From positions 930,001 to 994,000 of the forward strand of contig MU058289.1 in the NCBI GenBank assembly GCA_013265495.1: 64,000 nucleotides of DNA, in the 5' to 3' direction. A program made the translations under genes and the position numbers. The DNA is from Vicugna vicugna. Its lineage: Eukaryota. Positions 61,750 through 64,000 of this stretch are shown in pieces. The notes beneath the pieces were generated by a model. That model had not been told where the DNA came from, did no database searches, and saw only the letters and a list, made by a program, of their open reading frames with translations. How positions within the stretch are numbered: the stretch's first letter is position 1; every line of letters begins with the position of its first letter.

Positions 61750-64000
61750 GAGCTGTTGTGGCAACTTATCTGAGGTTTATATCATGTTGCCTAGCTTCAA
61801 TCTGCAGGGCTTCAGGAAAAGGGCAATTTTAGTTCTCAATGATTCCAAGTCAGAAGGGTGAGAGAAAATTGGAAACGTTAGTTAGTTGTGGCCAGACGTT
61901 GGAGGAAAGTAGAAAAATGCAGGATCCAGTCCAATTTTCAGGTAAATAAAACCTCAATGAAAATTAATAGCACTAGAATCTAATATCCATAGGTGTGTAT
62001 TATAGTTTCTACTGAAACAAAATTTTTCTTTCTAAAATCACCCTCATTTCTATCAAAGATAGACAAATTAAGACTAATCTGTTCGCAGAATAAGTCTAAA
62101 CTCAATAAAATTGGCCTGATTATTTCACAAGTCCAGCCAGAATAGTGATTGGCCGCACAGGTCCTTAAATCTGCTTTGGTGGAACTTTTCATAAGGAATT
62201 TCTAAATTGGACTTTTAATAGCCTCTTGAGGCCAGGAAGTCATGCCAAAGACTTCTCATCAGACTTATCTATAATACCTATAGATTTGGGTGAATTCCTC
62301 TCTTCTTGAGGTTCCCCAAATATCCTGAGGTTCCTGCACCCACCAGGAAGTGACCTTCCTTACTCACCTGGTAAGGCTGCTGGGAACCCTGTAAGCAACG
62401 TACCAGGCTGCCTTTCCAAGGGGCTAAACTGGTCCATAAAGTCAACCTTAGTTCCTTCTAGCTGTCTGATCATTCCTGAGTCTACATATGTTTCTCTTAT
62501 ATATGATATTCCAGTCAAAGCTTTGGTAATATAAGCAGTTTCTAATCGTGTCCTATTATAAAGAGAACAGATTCTTATTGAACTTATGCAAATAACGATG
62601 TTGCTAAGAAAATAAGAACACTTACTGAGAGTTTCTGAATTCTGGGGACAGATCAGATAGGGAGAAAAGGATAAATGTTTCCTTTCTGCTTGCAAAGGTA
62701 TAATTTACCAAATTGCTGTGAATCTTAAAAAAAATTTCCTTGCATCTGGAAAACAAAAGGTTAAAAAATCAGTAATATTTTAGACAAAAAGTCATAAAAA
62801 TTATAATCCTATTCATCAGTTCATTCAATCCCCTGTAATTAATTCTTGTTCTGCTTTGAGTCCATTTCTTCCATTAGTTCTCTTGACCTTGCCTGATGAT
62901 TGAGGGTGATATTTACAGTGATAATTCCAAGAAGTCTGCAAGGTTTTTGTTAAGGCTCTTATGATTTGCCCAGTGAGGTAGGCACCTTGATCACTGGAGG
63001 TTGTGGGAAGTATGCCCCAAGTGGAAAACAAATTTTTTAAAAAATGTTTCATTGCCATTTTGAAAGCATCAGCCTTGCACCAAGGGAAGGCTTCAGCCCA
63101 CCCAGAAAACAGACATATAATAACAAGAACATTTTGATGACCCATACTTAGTGGCAGTTGAATGAAGTCCAGCCACCGGTGCTCAAAGCGTCCAGAGAGA
63201 AGATTTTTCTAGGGTAATGGACCTGACAGGTCAGACATTGCTGATAAGCTGTTTTTGTAACTTTATAGAAATCTTCCTGCCAATGTCTAGTTAAATGCAT
63301 CTTAAATGCACAACGGTGAGTGGAGGAACGCAAGAAAAAAAGATGAGGTTTGCTAGGGAGCTGGGTAAACCAAGTGGCCATCTTGCGTTTCCTATAACCC
63401 TGACCATTTGTTTAATTTACTGCTATTGTTTGCCCATTTTAACTTCTCTTATTCAGGAGCAGACTTTTGCCGTGGTTCAAGGACATGAGGATGGCAAACG
63501 TCTGGTAACAAGGGGTCAGTTTCTTTTGCAGAAGCAGAGCAGATTTTATCTCCATGTGCCGCAATCTAGAGACTCTGTTGTTGCTGCTTTTGTGAGAAAG
63601 TCAGGGCACTTCCCTGATACTCCAGCTCAGTTCCTTTAGGGTGAGCCTCCATTTTGATGACAGATAACATTTTATGCCAGGACATAGATGACATCAGGAA
63701 TTTCACATATTTTTTGAAACACTTATAATACATACCTATACAGACACCACATGAAGAAGGCTTAACATGATTTCTTAGTTGACAATGGTTTCCTTGTAAT
63801 TTAACTTATCAAGTACACCTAATTAGTTTAATATCTCTCTTTTTACAAAGAGAGAGAATAAGTCTTTGAGGTACTTCAGGGATCCTCTGAAATCTCTCAT
63901 ATCTCACAGTTATTTCTAAGTCAAAAAGATTTTGTTTAGAATTTGATTTGGGGGAAGTTTGTCAAAAATGTCAAAAAGGTTTTAAAACAGTAGAATAGGT
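61750..64000 (-). mobile_element. Class I ERV internal relic with integrase core, antisense in ZNF intron 1; continues past the window end
   Basis: QQCLTCQVH; VLVIICLFSGWAEAFP...SSDQGAYLTGQI...YHPQSSGKVKRTNG (62825-63145). Confidence 0.85.

Noticed and set aside
62825..63145. Integrase ORF as a domesticated gene
   Set aside because: Short, frameshifted from its zinc-binding region, and expected catalytic residues are substituted.

Overview
Mammalian genomic DNA, very probably camelid, judged from four copies of a tRNA-derived Vic-1-type SINE. It is syntenic with the human SCN1B-GRAMD1A-ZNF792 region. On the minus strand are the complete coding regions of SCN1B (5 coding exons, 218 aa) and GRAMD1A/Aster-A (20 coding exons, 724 aa); I checked exon lengths, GT-AG boundaries and phases by hand. 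The first coding exon of a KRAB-ZNF gene (ZNF792 by synteny) is on the plus strand at 59762. The right third is a transposon-rich block with a class I ERV gag-pro-pol relic, L1 fragments, solo and nested LTRs, and a second ERV. The top candidate for an undescribed element is a decayed double-homeobox-like locus at about 37.6-39.1 kb (-). It has two homeobox-like units and two splice-competent downstream exons ending in a DUX4/DUXC-like tail; this rests on by-eye alignment only and needs HMM confirmation. Also notable are an in-phase alternative GRAMD1A N-terminal exon with a PxIxIT motif, a 12-nt microexon inside the Aster-A transmembrane helix, and a frame-scrambled, MIR-derived beta1B tail. 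Reference protein sequences were compared from memory, and repeat boundaries are approximate unless TSDs are quoted.
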